This document shows positions 1-14,430 of a stretch of 64,000 bases of DNA, piece after piece. The stretch is from Eledone cirrhosa (Eukaryota). Under the pieces are notes generated by a model. It did not search any database. It had not been told where the DNA came from and saw nothing but the letters and a program-made list of their open reading frames with translations. The stretch's first letter is position 1. Each line of letters starts with the position of its first letter. The DNA is taken from contig OZ024743.1 of NCBI GenBank assembly GCA_964016885.1, forward strand, positions 188,294,001-188,358,000. The letters are read 5' to 3'. Both the position numbers and the translations under genes were made by a program.

Positions 1-662
1 CTCTATTTGTCATTTCAGAAAGGCTTCCTTCACATTTACTTTTAGCATTGCAGTGATTGTACTTGTGGGTGGGTCTTTTGTATTATGGCATATCGTTAGT
101 CAGCTTGTGTTGTCCTGTTGGTTAAAACATAACCACAAAAACAAAAGTTACATTTTTTTAAAGAGACAGCAGAGTCAATTTTACTGTATTCCCGTGAATC
201 ATGGTCAGTGATAATACCTATTACCAATGTTTTAGATGGTTGCTATACATAAATGCTAAGAAGGATAAAGAAACATCAATACTCTCAGCTGTGTTACAAA
301 CAGAATTCTTTATGGCAACCTCACATCCATTAGCCATACCATCTCTATTAGCCATTTCCAACTTGCAGGTCATGACATGTGAGGCAACGAACCTGCTTCA
401 AAACGTTTCTATGGGAGCTCACTGATGTGAAACACAATCATGGAAGACCTCTAAAGACATTAAAAAGTATCATTGTAGAAGAGACAGACTTGTCCTGTGA
501 ATAACTGAAGCAGCTAAGGTTGAATCCTGTGAGATGAAATGGTTTAAATATGTCACCAAAAAGAAGTGGATGAATTTAGTAATTGTAATATATGTAGTGC
601 ATGCTTTGCCAACATTTTATAATTTTCTGACAAGCCATTTAATTTGTTGATATGCTATAGAT

Positions 663-966
663 CAGAGGCTCTCAACCGCCCCCCCCCCCCCCCTCATAGC
701 CACATAATACCCTAAGCGCCTCCCAACCCTATTTCCAGACAGACCTACTTACACGCAAATTGTAAATAATATATAATAAATAAAATCATTAATTTATATA
801 TAATGAATAATATAATATAGACTATAAATAAATATTGTACTTTTTAAAAATATAATATTAAATCATTTCTATCGCCCCACCAGCCCCTTAGGCCCCGGCG
901 TGCCTTGGACGTTCTCAAAGCCCCGATGGGTAGGTAGGGTGCTAGTGCCCACTTTTAGAATCTCTA
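663..966. mobile_element. Non-autonomous hAT-type MITE
   Basis: Starts CAGAGGCTCTCAAC, ends with a degenerate inverse (TTTTAGAATCTCTA). Exact 8-bp TSD CTATAGAT at 655-662 and 967-974. Confidence 0.75.
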
Positions 967-1800
967 CTATAGATTGATAGGGCTATAAAAAGAAGAGTCA
1001 CAACTCACAGCACTTTATATACTTTTTCTTATATGTCAAATATTTACTTGTTTTTAAGTTCTAAAATGTCATCACTGTTTTATCTTTACCTTTTTCCTGA
1101 TTTGGAAAATTACGATAAAGTTTGGAAAGTTAAGCATGAGTAAATTTAAATCTATGTCCTAAGTGAAAATGGAAACATTCTTACAATTGTATAATCTCTC
1201 CACACTGAAGAAACTGTAATAAATGAAAAACGATTGATCTTAAAATACTACTTGATGTGATTAAAGGACTATTAGCTAGTAGTGTATTGTTGTCATGATA
1301 CCCTACATGTTATTCAATAGTTTTTGTCTGTTCCATATCTGAATACTTATACTACTGAAATAAATGATCAAAGAACCATTTCAGTGGAAATCTTGTTCAC
1401 TAATGTTTGAAATTCTACTTTTATAATAACCATCTCTTTTGAAAAGAAAATCAAAGCATTATTTTCTCGGGATAAGTAAAGCTAACTTCTTTCTTTGCAC
1501 GAAATATAAACAGTAATGCATAATCTAATCAGCACAAATTCCCACCACAGCTGCAGATACAGAAAATATGTAAAAAAAAAAACAACAGTTAAAAAATGGT
1601 ACATGATAATATGGCATAAATTCTATTTTATATACATGTATGTAATAATAGCAACACTGTTATTATTATAAAATTTATATATATATATATATGTGTGTGT
1701 GTGTGCGTGTACATATATCATCAAAAGAGACATTAAGTGATGATGGTGATGGTTATATATATATATATATATATAGTAACAATAATAAATGCAAAGACTA

Positions 1801-1856
1801 CCCATTAAGGGTGAAAGCAGCGATTCTTTGCTTAAACTTTAATCTGTTATTTTAAT
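1801..1856 (+). repeat. Fragment of Naiad pLTR (3' half of a hammerhead)
   Basis: CCCATTAAGGGTGAAAGCAGCGATTCTTTGCTTAAACTTTAATCTG is near-identical to 56896-56941 and to the reverse complement of about 44413-44458 and 17623-17668. Confidence 0.8.
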
Positions 1857-1870
1857 TAATATATATATAT

Positions 1871-1919
<49 letters not shown>

Positions 1920-3020
1920 GGGGTAGAGAGAGAATATTTATTAAAATAACAGAATTTGAATTAAGCTTGTACATATCAAAAGTATGCTGCTTCCTCTCCT
2001 TTCCTTTATTTTCAAATGATGGAATAATCCGTTTTGTGGTCTCATGCAAAATTTCAACTTCAAATTTCTTAATAATTTTTGCTATTAAAATTTATGAAAT
2101 AAACACATTTGTTGGTATTTTTATGTTGATGGCTACTTTAAGGTGGAGATTGCACACAGGGACTCTCTCTATATATATATTCATCACAAAATGTAAATAG
2201 ATGAACCAACCAATCAAAATTCAATATACATTCAATGTTTTATCATTTAATCTGCATTGCTTTTCACAAAAATTTACAAAGATCACCTATGAAAAGATTT
2301 ACAAAGAAAGGATACTCTTCACATCTTACAGATCTTTTTAAACTAGAGCCAGTGTATTGGGTTATTTCAAAGGATACTAAATTATTCTTTGAAGTCTTTT
2401 CAAGATATGCTGCTTGGTATTTAGGATTTTTATGAGTGCATGTCTATATTCAGATTTGGTTGTTAATGAAGCACAAATATTGGTCCTATTGTAATAATAA
2501 CATTTGCGAATATTTCAATGATAAGGTTTTCTACTCCTATAGATTAAATGAGAAACTAATTTGTTGAAAACAGTTACCATCATGTCAACAGGGTGCAGCA
2601 CTTCTACCCTCTTTCCCTAGGCCCAAAGCCCAATCACCCTCTCCCTTCACCCCTCCCCTATCTTCTGCGACACCAGAGTTCTTGCAATCCCCTCCCTTCC
2701 CAATCTTTTTCTTCTTTCTCTCCTTTTTTTTTCTATATTTTTTTTTCTTCTATATTTCCCTATTCTTTCTTTCCTTTTGTTTCCCCTTCTTTTTTATTAT
2801 TTCTATATTGTAAATAAACATGTATATTTGGTTAAAAAAACAAACAGTTTAGTAGTCTCTCTATAGAATCTGATTACTGATGTGTCTTGACCTTTATAAA
2901 ATGTAAATGCTTGCCAATCCCTGTGGGAGTTTTACAGAACTGATGCTTAGTTCAAGCTTCAAGGCATGAAGTGGATGATCATACTCTCTCTCTCTCTCAT
3001 ATTCTCTGGGACATATTCCG

Positions 3021-3077
3021 GGCTATATTGCACATAACATTCCCAGATGGTCTGGGAATGTTATGTGCTATATAGCC
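3021..3077. repeat. Short inverted repeat (27-bp arms, 3-nt loop), probable MITE core
   Basis: GGCTATATTGCACATAACATTCCCAGA-TGG-TCTGGGAATGTTATGTGCTATATAGCC, one mismatch. Confidence 0.8.
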
Positions 3078-4079
3078 TGACAATTATGTCTGACAATGAA
3101 ATGAATGGAAATAATGTATAATAAATTGTTAGACAGAGAACACCAAAAAATGCAACAACATATCAAAGAGCAGGAAGCTGAATACATCATTAACACAACC
3201 ATCTTACTTCTACAAGTTAGGTGATTACATCTTGATAGATATAAGGCTAGAAAGAGTATGTAAGTTAAAACAGGTTACAATATTTGTCACGTATCCAAAA
3301 TGGTCTAGGTATGAAAATTAACATCATCAGAGGTGAATGACAACTTATACATATATAAAAAGCACAGGTCTCATGGTTAACTAGGCATCAGTATTTCTAG
3401 AATATTTCTACAAGGAATAGAGATAAATGCACTGATAATATTTTATTCTCTAGCTGCAAGTTTAGTTTATGATCTAAGATATATATAGTAAGACATTGTT
3501 GGACAGCAAAGAAGATCAACTTTATTGATGTTACATTTGGTTGTTAGCAAAAATATTGACTTTTTTTCAATATACTGAACTTGCATAATAATCAAGATGA
3601 TGTTGATGATAATCAAATCTATTCGATTATTACTGTGGGTGGAGACTGAAAATGATAAATAATGTAATACTAAACTTATTTAGAGGATGAATGCAATTTT
3701 ACATACACACATGCATATATGTGTGCATGCAATATATATATCATCATCACTATCATTACCATTTAACATCTATTTTCCATGCTTGCATGGGGTAGATCGC
3801 TGTCATGTAATGAGACTGAACTTGTCAGATGACTAGATTCTGCTAGTATACTTTGTTTTTGCTTAGTTTCTATGACTGGATGCCTTTCTAATCTTCATAA
3901 GTCCTTTATACACAAAGCCCCAATTTCACTGCCATGTAGCACTGCCATTCATATGCAAAAATCATACATTGGCCTTTCCTTCTGAAGAGAGACCCTTTGT
4001 AGCTAACAGTGTTAGTAGTGCCCTGAACTTTTTCTAGCCAGAACTCTCTTTGGCTATGTTTAGAATACCCACCACCTTT

Positions 4080-5110
4080 GCTAATTTAGTCCATCAGGTA
4101 ACAGAGGCTGGCAACTACCTCTTAAGCTTTTAATAGAGCTTGTTTCTTGTGAGCTCTTATTGCTTACTACTTTTGTGCATTGGTCACTACAAGCTTACAT
4201 GATTTGTTAACCTGCCTCCACTCCCACATCTTTTATGCACTCTGAAAGAATCAGGGCCCTGTTTTCTTGTGCTTACTGGGATTTTGATCTTTTCTAAGTT
4301 GACTCTGATGGCTTTTGATTCTAGGTATTGCTTAAAGGTTATACAAATTCTTCTTCTTCTTTAGTTCCTTTTCCTCCTTATGGAGCATTAGGCAATATTT
4401 GCAAGAATTGTCATGGGTTTGCTTCTGGATGAGGATCATATCAATCAGATCTTCGTTCATCTACTTCAACCATGTCTCAGCAGGTTTACCTTGTTTTCTA
4501 CACCTTCCTTCTGGCCTCCAATTGAGGGAAACTCTCATTGGTCAGTCTGTGGCTATGTGTAGTATATGGCCAAACATTTTCTGCTGTCTTATAGTAAGGG
4601 TATCCTGTATATTACTGAGTTAGGTCCTTTGCCTGATCCCCTTATTTGCGATATTGTCATACCAAGAAATCATAAGTACGACCCTAAGCAACGTCTGTGT
4701 AATTTTGTAGATCATACAGGTCATTCTCCATGTCTCAAAAACATATGTTGCCATTTTCATAAAGATTGATGGCTAATTAATGGAGAAGTTATGCCATATA
4801 AGTTTCAATCACAGAAAGAGTGCCAGAAGTTGGTTTAGTCACTTTTCTGCATCAGTTCCTGTGTTGTCATCTTTGGCAAAGATACTTCCCATGTATTCAA
4901 AGGTATCAATGGTTTCCAGAGTGTGGTCCTCCAGCAGGACAGTTTACTGTTAAGTCTCCCCAATAAGTGTCAATTTGTTCTTTTCAATCCTAAAACCAAC
5001 GTCTGATATGCTGTTACTAACAGTAGTGGTCATGTTTTGCATTATACCAGATGTAGTACTAATGAATCATAGGTCGTCAGCAAAGTTAAGGTCTATGACA
5101 CTTTCTTCTC
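4080..5110 (-). mobile_element. Decayed RTE-type LINE fragments
   Basis: Minus-strand remnants VIDLNFADDL (~5068-5100), TIDTFEYMGSI (~4880-4912) and VHKRC (~4225-4242, as in the PHD-bearing RTE). Many stops. Confidence 0.65.
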
Positions 5111-5339
5111 CCCATTTGTGGCTGTATGCTGGGTCGCCCATGGTTATATATTTATATAACAGATGCAGGCATACAACAAAATAAAGATGATGATTGGTGT
5201 ACTGGTGTACATTGGATTTTCATAGTGGCATGGATAGGATGGGTCATTACTAACTGTTAGGCTTATACCATTTGCTATCAAAATGGCATAGGCTTATCTA
5301 TTGGGCAAAGAACCCCTATAATGTATGTGTAAATATCAT

Positions 5340-5985
5340 CCTCATCATCATCACCATTTTACGTCCATTCTTCCACGCTAGAATGGGTTAGATGGGCTGT
5401 CCTGTTGTGGACAGTGCCCATTCGGCTGACCATGTCTTGCTCATACAGGAACTGATTCTGGCTTGATTTCTACAGCTGGATGCCCTCATTTACAGTGAGT
5501 GCTGGGTGCTTTTTTTCCGTGATGCCTACACGTCCACTTTACAGTGTGGGCTGGGTGCTTTTTTGCCATGGCACCTCCATGACCACTTTGCAGTGGGAGG
5601 TGGTGGGGGCATATTGTCTATATGCTTCAGCTTCGGCTTGTATCGGGGGGGGGGGGGGGGGTCAGGTCTTCTGTATTACTGCGTGACACTGTATTACTGT
5701 GTCATCGCCTTCGAGAGGTGCAATTGTGAAAGGTCGGCTTTTTTCACCTCATCCCAGATTTTCTTGGGTATCCCCTGGTCATGTAGGAAACACGGTAAAA
5801 AGGCTCCCAGTCAACACTGCAAATGTGGTTGGTGTTAGGAAGGGCATCAAGCCATAGAAAACCTGCCAGAGACACTTCCATACGAGTGAGACATGGTCTC
5901 CCGACCAATCCCGCATTAAATGGAACAAAACCATCTCACCCATGCTAGCGTGGAAGATGGATATTAAACGATGATGATGATGATG
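5340..5985. mobile_element. Two back-to-back RTE 3'-end fragments with (GAT)n tails
   Basis: 5340-5690 (-) and ~5760-5985 (+) share the CCCATGCTAGCGTGGAAGATGGA..TTAAACGATGATG terminus seen at the 3' end of the 30612-33600 LINE. Confidence 0.75.
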
Positions 5986-6351
5986 ATATATATATATGTA
6001 GAGAGAGAAAGGGGGGGAGAGAGAAGGTGATAGAGATAGAAAGGGCAGAAAGGAAAAACTACATCGTATATTTGGTATAAATTCATCAGATGGGAGCATT
6101 CATGTCATTTGTAGATCAACAATATAACAATGGTCATTGTAATGGTAGATTGGGAAAAGGAGAATTAGTTTTGTCAGTGAATCTTTGCTAATATGACCAA
6201 TGAGCTTCATTTTTGTACAGTCAAGGTTTTTTGAGTTGTTGTTTAGCTCAAATTTAGTCCTGATCAAGAAAACCTATTCTCAATAACATTTGAGCCATGA
6301 TAATACTGTTTTTGAGAATGTATCTTGAACACATTATCAAATATATACTTG

Positions 6352-6535
6352 GGCGGTGGATTGGCAGTATCGGTAGAGGGTTGGACGCCATGCTTTCCAA
6401 CATAGTTACGTCCCTTTACGATCTGAGTTGAAATCCCACCGAGGTTGACTTTGCCTTTCATCCTTACGGGGTCAATAAAATAAAGTACCAGTAATGCACT
6501 GGGTAATTGCTGGCCTTGTGCCTAAAGTAGAAACA
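6352..6535 (+). mobile_element. tRNA-derived SINE with CORE-like central domain
   Basis: A-box-like TGGCAGTATCGG, B-box-like GTTGAAATCC, central GACTTTGCCTTTCATCC..GGGGTC..TAAAATAAAGTACCAG. 19-bp TSD ATTATCAAATATATACTTG (6333-6351 and 6536-6554). Second copy at 28127-28312. Confidence 0.9.
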
Positions 6536-9033
6536 ATTATCAAATATATACTTGTCATGAGGATAATATATAATTTGAAAGCAGTTTGACTTCTCTTTCT
6601 AGTAAATTTTCGACCACACAGAGACCCTCTCGATGATCTGGTCTGTGTTTCTTTGTATGTGTTTCAAGAGGATACATTTAAAATTTTGGTTCATGGTGAC
6701 ATTGGAAATATGATGTGTGTGTGTGTGTGTAGCTTATGTCAAAGTTTTAATAACATCAAAAGACGACATCAAACTGATTTAAAGAAAAAATCTCCAACAA
6801 TTTTTATCTTGCCTTTAGGTCAACTCAAGTCTTTATAAACCTTTGAATTTAAAAACAGATATCGGTAATGTCAGCCGAGAGGTCAACAGTCCATATCCTG
6901 TTATCAGGACATGTTATAAACAATGTGATGTTGGCTAATCTGTTTTAACTTGGAAACTGGTCACTCTATGTTGTTTAAATAAATTGTTATTTTGCAATAC
7001 CAGGTTAACCTGTGGAAAAGGGTAAAACATGCCTCAACATCTTTGCTATTAATCAAAAATCAATTTAAAAGTGATGTGACCTAAAAGAAAGCCAAACAAA
7101 GGAATTTCATCTCTGCTTGGCTATCAACATTTCTTCCATAATGATATATATGTCTGGATAATTGGGGAGAATGCTTTTCCATCTGATCTGCAGAACCCCA
7201 GGCATATATTACCTCATGACAGAATAGGGAAAGCACCCCAGAGGACAGCAAAGAAGATTTGTTGAAATAGTCATTCCAATAAATGGGGTTTAATTTTGCA
7301 AGTATCCAAAATCTGTTCTGATACCAGTGCCTAGAGAGGTGGTTCAATTTCAATGACAAATCTATTGGAAAGTGGGCAATACTTTAACAACGCGTGATCT
7401 TCTGCTTGTCAAGCAATGAATCATTTGAAAATGGAGTCAGCCCTAAACTAATGAGATGGTCACAGCAATATTGCTGTATGACATGCTTGTTTTATATGGG
7501 CTGACCTGAGGCTGAATAACAATATCAACAACTTGTTACTTGAAATAATAGTAACATCCCTGTTAGATTGTTGAATATTCAATTAGCTTGCAGAAGTGAA
7601 TTCAAATTCTCCACTCTACGAAGTGAAGAAAGGAATGAATTGCTCCAGGTTGATTTCTTTTGGATTCACTATATAATTTAAGATCTTCAATGGCATTATG
7701 AGATTCATTACCATCATTTTTATATGGTATTTTGATTAAAATTTGAAATCATTTTCGATAAAATATAGATTTTAAATTATCTAAAATTAAACAGTGAAAA
7801 TCAGAATCTGAAATTGAAATTAAATTAGAATGTCAGAATTCAAATGAAAAAACCAAAAAGGATTTCTTATCAAAGTTTATATGTTTTTATTGAATTTCAA
7901 TTCTAGTACAAATTCAGTTATTTCTCATATTTCATTTCAGTTAGATGAACGAAAAAGAAAATGAGTTTTTCTGGTCAATATGGATAAATTTTATTCATGA
8001 ACTCATCTGCACTGTATTAATATGAAATTTGTAAAGATGAGATAGCCGAATGAATTCCAATTAACAGTTGAAAATTAAAGGTATTTCTGAGCAGACAATT
8101 TCGTTCAGTATCCTCTCAATGCATCTATTAACTGACAGTAAGTGTATCAGTTCATATAGGAATGTTACCGCCCATAGAGCAGCATCCAATAGATTACAGT
8201 ATACTAAGGAATCTAATCTCTCATTTAAAATCCACAATAAAATTAAAACTGGAAAACAGCACCAGCCATAAATATCTTTTTGATGTTTACAACAGATCTA
8301 GATTATTAATTTTGTAATATGAATTACCAAACTTAAACAAACTGAATCATAAACGAAACAATGAAACAAACAAAAGCTAAAGAGTGTGGAAAAAAAACAA
8401 AATAAAACAAAAACAAAAACTCCAAACAACCATGAAAGACATTTTCAACTCTTGCTCTGAAACATTTATCAGTACTCCCACCACACATACACTCACACAT
8501 ACACATACACGCACACACGCTCAACTATCCTGCTTAGGTTTACTGTTGAAAACTACCTGATTAGTTATGAGGGTCAGTGTTATCAATTCATCGAATATTT
8601 GCCCATTATGCTTCAGCTATTAGAGTCCATTAGCATCTCTAATCTGCCATTGTTACAACTATAACCCACCAACTTACATCCAATCTCCATCAACATGTTG
8701 TCATGGTGATAATTTTGCTTAAATTGTGATATGCATTAGCATTATTATGGTGTGATTGATTAAATATAAATAGGAATGTAGCTTTCATGTGAATTATTTA
8801 TTGTAACTACTAGAATGAGCACTTTCTTTCTTGTGGGTGTAATTAATATATTGTGCATGGATCTGTATGTAGTATCAATTAGTAGTCACACTCAGTGAAA
8901 GCAAAGACACACACATAAATATGCTACGTAAAAAAAATTGTAACATATACACTAACTACTCACATACAACAAAATTTGAATATATCTACACTCACATTCA
9001 CACACACACACAAACCACCTCCCTCTCTATCTT

Positions 9034-9068
<35 letters not shown>

Positions 9069-9103
9069 ATATAAGATCAAAAGATGGTTAAAAGAGTTCC
9101 AAG

Positions 9104-9174
9104 TATTTTATTATGTGCATTTCAAAAACAAATATCACCATGGGATGATATCTGCGTTTTCATCAGATAAAATA
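9104..9174 (-). ncRNA. Type I hammerhead ribozyme in a PLE pLTR fragment (9066-9340)
   Basis: Minus strand: TATTTTAT-CTGATGA-[AAACGCAGATATCA..TGATATTTGTTTTT]-GAAA-TGCACA-TA-ATAAAATA. 8-bp stem I, intact core, AUA site. Confidence 0.8.
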
Positions 9175-9366
9175 GGGATACATGATATGAAGCTTAAAAA
9201 ACACTTGTGAATAGTGAAGTTTTAAATCAACATATCATATATGATCTTATATTATTTATACTCCAGTCCTACAAACTGTAGAGTGCTACTTATCCGATAT
9301 TTGCATTGCTTTATTGTGCTACAATAAAACTCACCTCCTACATATATATATATATATATGTGTGTG

Positions 9367-10175
9367 TTTATTTTGTTTTGACCTGTTTAGCTTGGGTGGT
9401 TAATGCTTTCTTGACCACCTTTTCAGTTTTGTATGGCTTCTTAACACATTGTTTAGCTCTCGTTTTTAACTATTGAGCACTTTGCCAGTATCATTTCTGA
9501 TTTTTGCGTTTTGCTTCGCTTTTCCTGCCCGCCGAAAATGCGATTCTCGATGAATCTTTATTTGTATTAATCTCCTGTGTCTTACAATTAACTTGTTAAT
9601 AATTTCTATTGACAGGTTAATTGTATAAGTTTATTTTAAACTACTTGGTTGAGAACTTATTTGATTTGTGCTATTTATGCTATTTTTCGCATGATTTACA
9701 CCAACTGAATTACTTTGCCAAAATCTGGGGTTATTCCCCTTGAGATTTCCACATGTTGTTTAACTTACCACCGTGTCATTCACTTATTTGGTACAGAGCG
9801 AAATACCTGTTGATAACGTGATATTCTTTGTTCGATCGTTATACACAAAGCTTATATTTTTAAGCAGACTGTATTTTGATTTAGGTGTCACAGAAACTCT
9901 ACATCGGATTTTAACAGCAATTCCGGCAGTCCAGGTCTGGTAATCACTTATTTTTTATCATTTATTTTGTTTTGACCTGTTTACCTTGATTTGGTTTTTG
10001 GCTTGGGTGGTTAATGCTTTCTTGACCACCTTTTCAATTTTGTATGGCTTCTTAACACATTGTTTAGCTCTGATTTTTAACTATTGAGCACTTTGCCAGT
10101 ATCATTTCTGATTTTTGTGTTTTGCTTCGCTTTTCTTGCCCGCCGAAAATGCGATTCTCGCTGAATCTTTATTTG
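9367..10175. repeat. ~205-bp direct repeats (9367-9567 and 9961-10175) flanking ~390 bp; probable PLE pLTR tandem
   Basis: Near-identical blocks GCTTGGGTGGTTAATGC...GAATCTTTATTTGTAT, bounded by (TA)n tracts. Confidence 0.7.
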
Positions 10176-10224
10176 TATATATATATATATATACATACAC
10201 ATATATATATATATACATACACAT

Positions 10225-10690
10225 GCATGAATGATGATTGCTGGGTGAAGAAGTGCCAAGTAATACCATTAAAGGGAGGCCGCAGTAGAGGAAGGCCAAG
10301 GAAGGACAGAATGGAAGTGGTGAGAACTGATCTCAGATCACTGAAGCTCATGGAGGAAATGACAAAGGAACATGACAAGTGGAGAGATGCTGTACTGAGA
10401 AGGACCCATTCGACCAATGCACTGGTAGAACAATGGATGGTAAAATGATCATTGACACACATTCATTATCATCATCAATATTTAACGTCCATTTTCCACA
10501 CTAGCATGGGTTAGACGAGTTGTCCCATTAGAAGCAAGTCAGGTCAGGTGACCATGTCTTGCTCATATAGGACTGTTTCTGGCTAGGTTTCTATGGCTGG
10601 ATGCCCTCCCTAATGTTAACCTCATTTGCAGTGTGTGATAGTTGCTTTTTGTTGTGATACCTACATGGCCACTTAGAACGTGAAACATGT
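10225..10690. mobile_element. RTE C-terminal fragment (+) joined to an RTE 3' end (-)
   Basis: MNDDCWVKKC..GRSRGRPRK..LKLMEEM..KWR matches the C-terminus of ORF 31127-33577. It is followed by an inverted (ATC)n-tailed 3' UTR. Confidence 0.75.
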
Positions 10691-11174
10691 CTTGCTTCTA
10701 TACACTAATATGTATTCTCTACATTATATATATATATATACCTATATATATATATATACAAATATACAGGCACAGGCAGGGTTGCATCTTTTGAACTGAG
10801 CCTCACAAAGGAGGTGACACTGGTTCAAGTAGACTGGTGATTATATTCTTCTCTCTCTCCCAAACTCTCCTCTGTCCATTATATCACTAATTAACCCATT
10901 AGTTGCCTCTTACAACACACAAGGGTTCGATATACATATTCTAATAATAGAGATACACATGACAACAACACTCACGTACTTTGAAAATGCATTTTGCATT
11001 TCCTCTATGAAATTTAAGTGAAATGATCAATTTAGCCATAGCTAGCATTGTTACTCACATCCTTATTACTTAAGACAAATTACTAGCACTCTTATAATCT
11101 AGAGAGCTACAGCACACAGAAATTATGCACTGCAAATCAGCTTTAAACTTATGTATCAAAAGAAATATTTTCTA

Positions 11175-12326
11175 TTGGTGTGAGTAACAAAAGTTCATAG
11201 TATTTTTTAAGTGAAATTCATTATGAATATTTAAATAGTTGCACAGATCTTCATTCATTAACTGGTCTTGGTGGATATTTTAAGTCGTCTAAATGATCAA
11301 AGCTCTTCACTTTAAGAAAATGTTGGAATAGATGATAATCCAAAGGTGCAAGGCCAGGGGAATACAATGTGTGTGGTAGCACATCCGAGCCAAGTGGTAC
11401 CAATTTCTGCTGGGTCTCCAAAATAACATGCGGTCTAGTATTGTCCTGATGTATGACCACACCCTTACAGTTTGTCAATTCTGGATGTTTTTCCTCAATT
11501 ACCTTTTTAATAATTCTAATTGAGAACAATGATAGTCTGAATTTAACAACTGATTATGTGGAAGGAGTTCAAAATATATAATACCCTTCCAATCCAACAA
11601 GGTACAGAGCAGTACATTCTTTGGATACTGACAGGCTTTTGGAATGGTTCTTCATTTCATTTTCTTCACCTTCTTTTACACTACATTTTTGTAAACAATC
11701 CATTTTTCCTCACCCGTGAGAATTCTTTTAAAGAGTGGATGGTTTTTGTTTTGTTTGAGCAGAGAATCACAGATGGAAATGTGCTCTATTACATTTTTTT
11801 CTGATTCACATATCTAAGTGTTTTCAAATATGTTGTAACGCTCATATGACATATGTGAAGTATCTCTGTGATGTCTTGTGTTGTGTTACTTGGATTATGT
11901 TTGGTTAAAGTCTCTATTTGGTCATTATCAATGACTGTAGGCCTGCCTGAAATGGGCACGGTCTTCAAGCTCAAAGTTTTCAGCTCTAACCCTAGTGAAT
12001 TGCTTGTGAATAGTACTATCAGCTATGGTACCATTTTCATAAACAGCAAATATCTTTTTCCCTGTTTGTGCAGCATTTCCTTTTTCCTGGAAATAAAAGA
12101 GCATCAAATGATGAAAATGATCAAATGATGAAAATTTCCCTCCATTTTCAATATTATCGTAAAATCAGCAGAAGTATCTAATCTGCACAATCAGATACAA
12201 AAATGCATTGAAATCTCCTCTTTAAGAACCTATATATATGTCATATGCTTCTATCACATGATTAACTAAATTATGTGACTAAGCATAACCAATAGAAAAA
12301 TGCTACCAAATTTTGTTACAACCCTA
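11175..12326 (-). mobile_element. Degenerate mariner (Tc1/mariner) transposon
   Basis: Motifs SGRP, HQDNTRPH and YSPGLAPLDYHLF (mariner HDNARPH / YSPDLAPxDY). Imperfect ~30-bp TIRs with flanking TA; multiple frameshifts. Confidence 0.9.
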
Positions 12327-14049
12327 TAGTATATGGACTGATGTGAAATCAATTATCTCTTCTTCGTTTTGGTTTCTTGTACATATAAGATTTTACAATA
12401 TCAAAGCTGTTCGTATGAATATTAATATTTCTTCTTCTTTTAAGTGAAATTATAAACTCAAAGATTTAATCTAAGGCTGCTTCAAAATATGAATGCTGAC
12501 ATCAATAACTGGTATAAGAGGGATGATATGGTAGAAGAAAATGCAGGATGATATGGTAGAAGGAAATTTATGAGAACTGAAAACAACCATTTCAATTGCA
12601 CCAAAATGAAGAGAACATGCATAAAATGTAGCAATTCAATATTTACCAAAATGTTAGTTTGATTGCTCAACACATGGAAGAATTCTAATTTCAAGGTTGG
12701 TATTATGAATTATCAGAAGGCATATTTTCTCCAAATCCTACTAACTATGTATAATCTACATCATCTACTTTCATCTGTCATATCTGCTACAAGTCTTTTC
12801 GGTTGCATTAAGAGTCACTTGTGGATATACAGCAATGTTAAGGACAGAGAGAATGTATTTATAAAGAAACTAATCATGAGTAGACAACCTTAATCTGGAT
12901 CACAATGATCATCATGATGCCTGTGATTATCATCATCATCATCATCTTTAGCATAATGGTAATCACACCATCATCATGTATCAGAAATAAGAGGACTAAA
13001 ATACTAAATTAAACATCAAAATAAGGACAATGTGACTGTTAGAAATAAATAAACAAAGAAAAAATAAAGAATATGAATGTGTGTGTGCATATGGGTTTGT
13101 GTGTGTATCTATTATTCAAACAGCTTATAAGTAGTCAGACTTCCATTTAATTAATATCTGATCTTTTACAATAGAAAATTCTATATTGTATAATTAGAGC
13201 ATGAAACATATTAAAAGTGCATTATAGATCTTTTGATAGATGTACTACCATTAACAATATGAAGCATTGTATTTAGTTGAAAAGATCTCTACCTACAATA
13301 ACCATCAGATTATCTGCATGTTATCCAGATAATGCGCAGTTGGTAAATCTATTAGTGAAAAAAAGTTTGAAATATAGTGACCTAGAAACTTCACAAAATA
13401 AGTTTCCTTCTTCTCAGATATAATCATAAATTTCCATATCACATAGCTTCATATTTTTCTATTTAAGTGAGGATAAGGTTTTTGGTGGCAATAAACTGGA
13501 CTGGGGAATAAAGATAACTGAGTGAATCCAGTGTAGTAAATATTATGTGTTTAATATAATTTGAATTGTTAAAATGTTGACTGTAGTAGTTGCTAGAATG
13601 GTAGAGGAAGTAATGAAGTTCCAAGGGTTTGCAATTTAGTGAAAAAATGATTAAACAAAGTATTTAGTGTTAAATGAAACAAAATAGTGATAGCTGAAGA
13701 AGGAAATATTAATTAGAATAGTTTGTTTAAGTAATGGCAGTATTCAGGTAGAAAGACTGGAAAGCAGTCACCATTAATGTAGCTGTTGAAGTGATAGCAG
13801 GAAAACAGAAGTTGAATATAAACTCTTCTCACTCTCACTACTCTCCTCCTGTTCTCCATCATGTTACAAAGTTACAGCTGCACTTGAAAATTGGTTAAAT
13901 ATCAGGGGTGATGCAAACATTCAATATACATACACTTTCTATGTGACATCCATCAAAATGACATTCAATCAACAACATTTTATAAACACCAACTTCCCAT
14001 CAAGCTTTATCTTCCTTCCTTATAAACATATTTTAAAGGGTGGGGGATA

Positions 14050-14430
14050 GCAGAAACATGAGAGCATCTGAAACAATGCATTGCAGTATTTGTTCTGGAT
14101 CTTTACATTAAGCACTGCTGAAGTCAACTGTGCTTTTCATCCTTCCAGATTTGGTAAAATAAAGTACTAGTCAAGTGAAAACATGTGGCAAAGTGGTTAG
14201 CATGTTGGACTTGTGATTGTAATGCTATGTTTGATTTTGGACTGTGCGCATGTTGTGTTCTTGAGCAAAACGCTTCAATTTACATTGCTCCAGTTCACTC
14301 AACTAAAAATGAGTACCAGTAATAGCTGGGGGCTAACCTTGTGATGGATTGGTGATCTGCTCAAAAGAAAGTCTTGTACTCATCTCCCTAAAAAATAATT
14401 TATAGGCTTGTGCCTATGTATGAAATTATT
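14050..14430 (+). mobile_element. Old nested SINE remnants
   Basis: Degenerate CORE-like segment (GCTTTTCATCC..TAAAATAAAGTAC), interrupted by a second tRNA-like head (GTGGCAAAGTGGTTAGC), resuming as GCTTGTGCCTA. Confidence 0.55.

Noticed and set aside
6352-6445. tRNA gene
   Set aside because: A/B boxes are present but there is no cloverleaf; it is the head of a TSD-flanked SINE.
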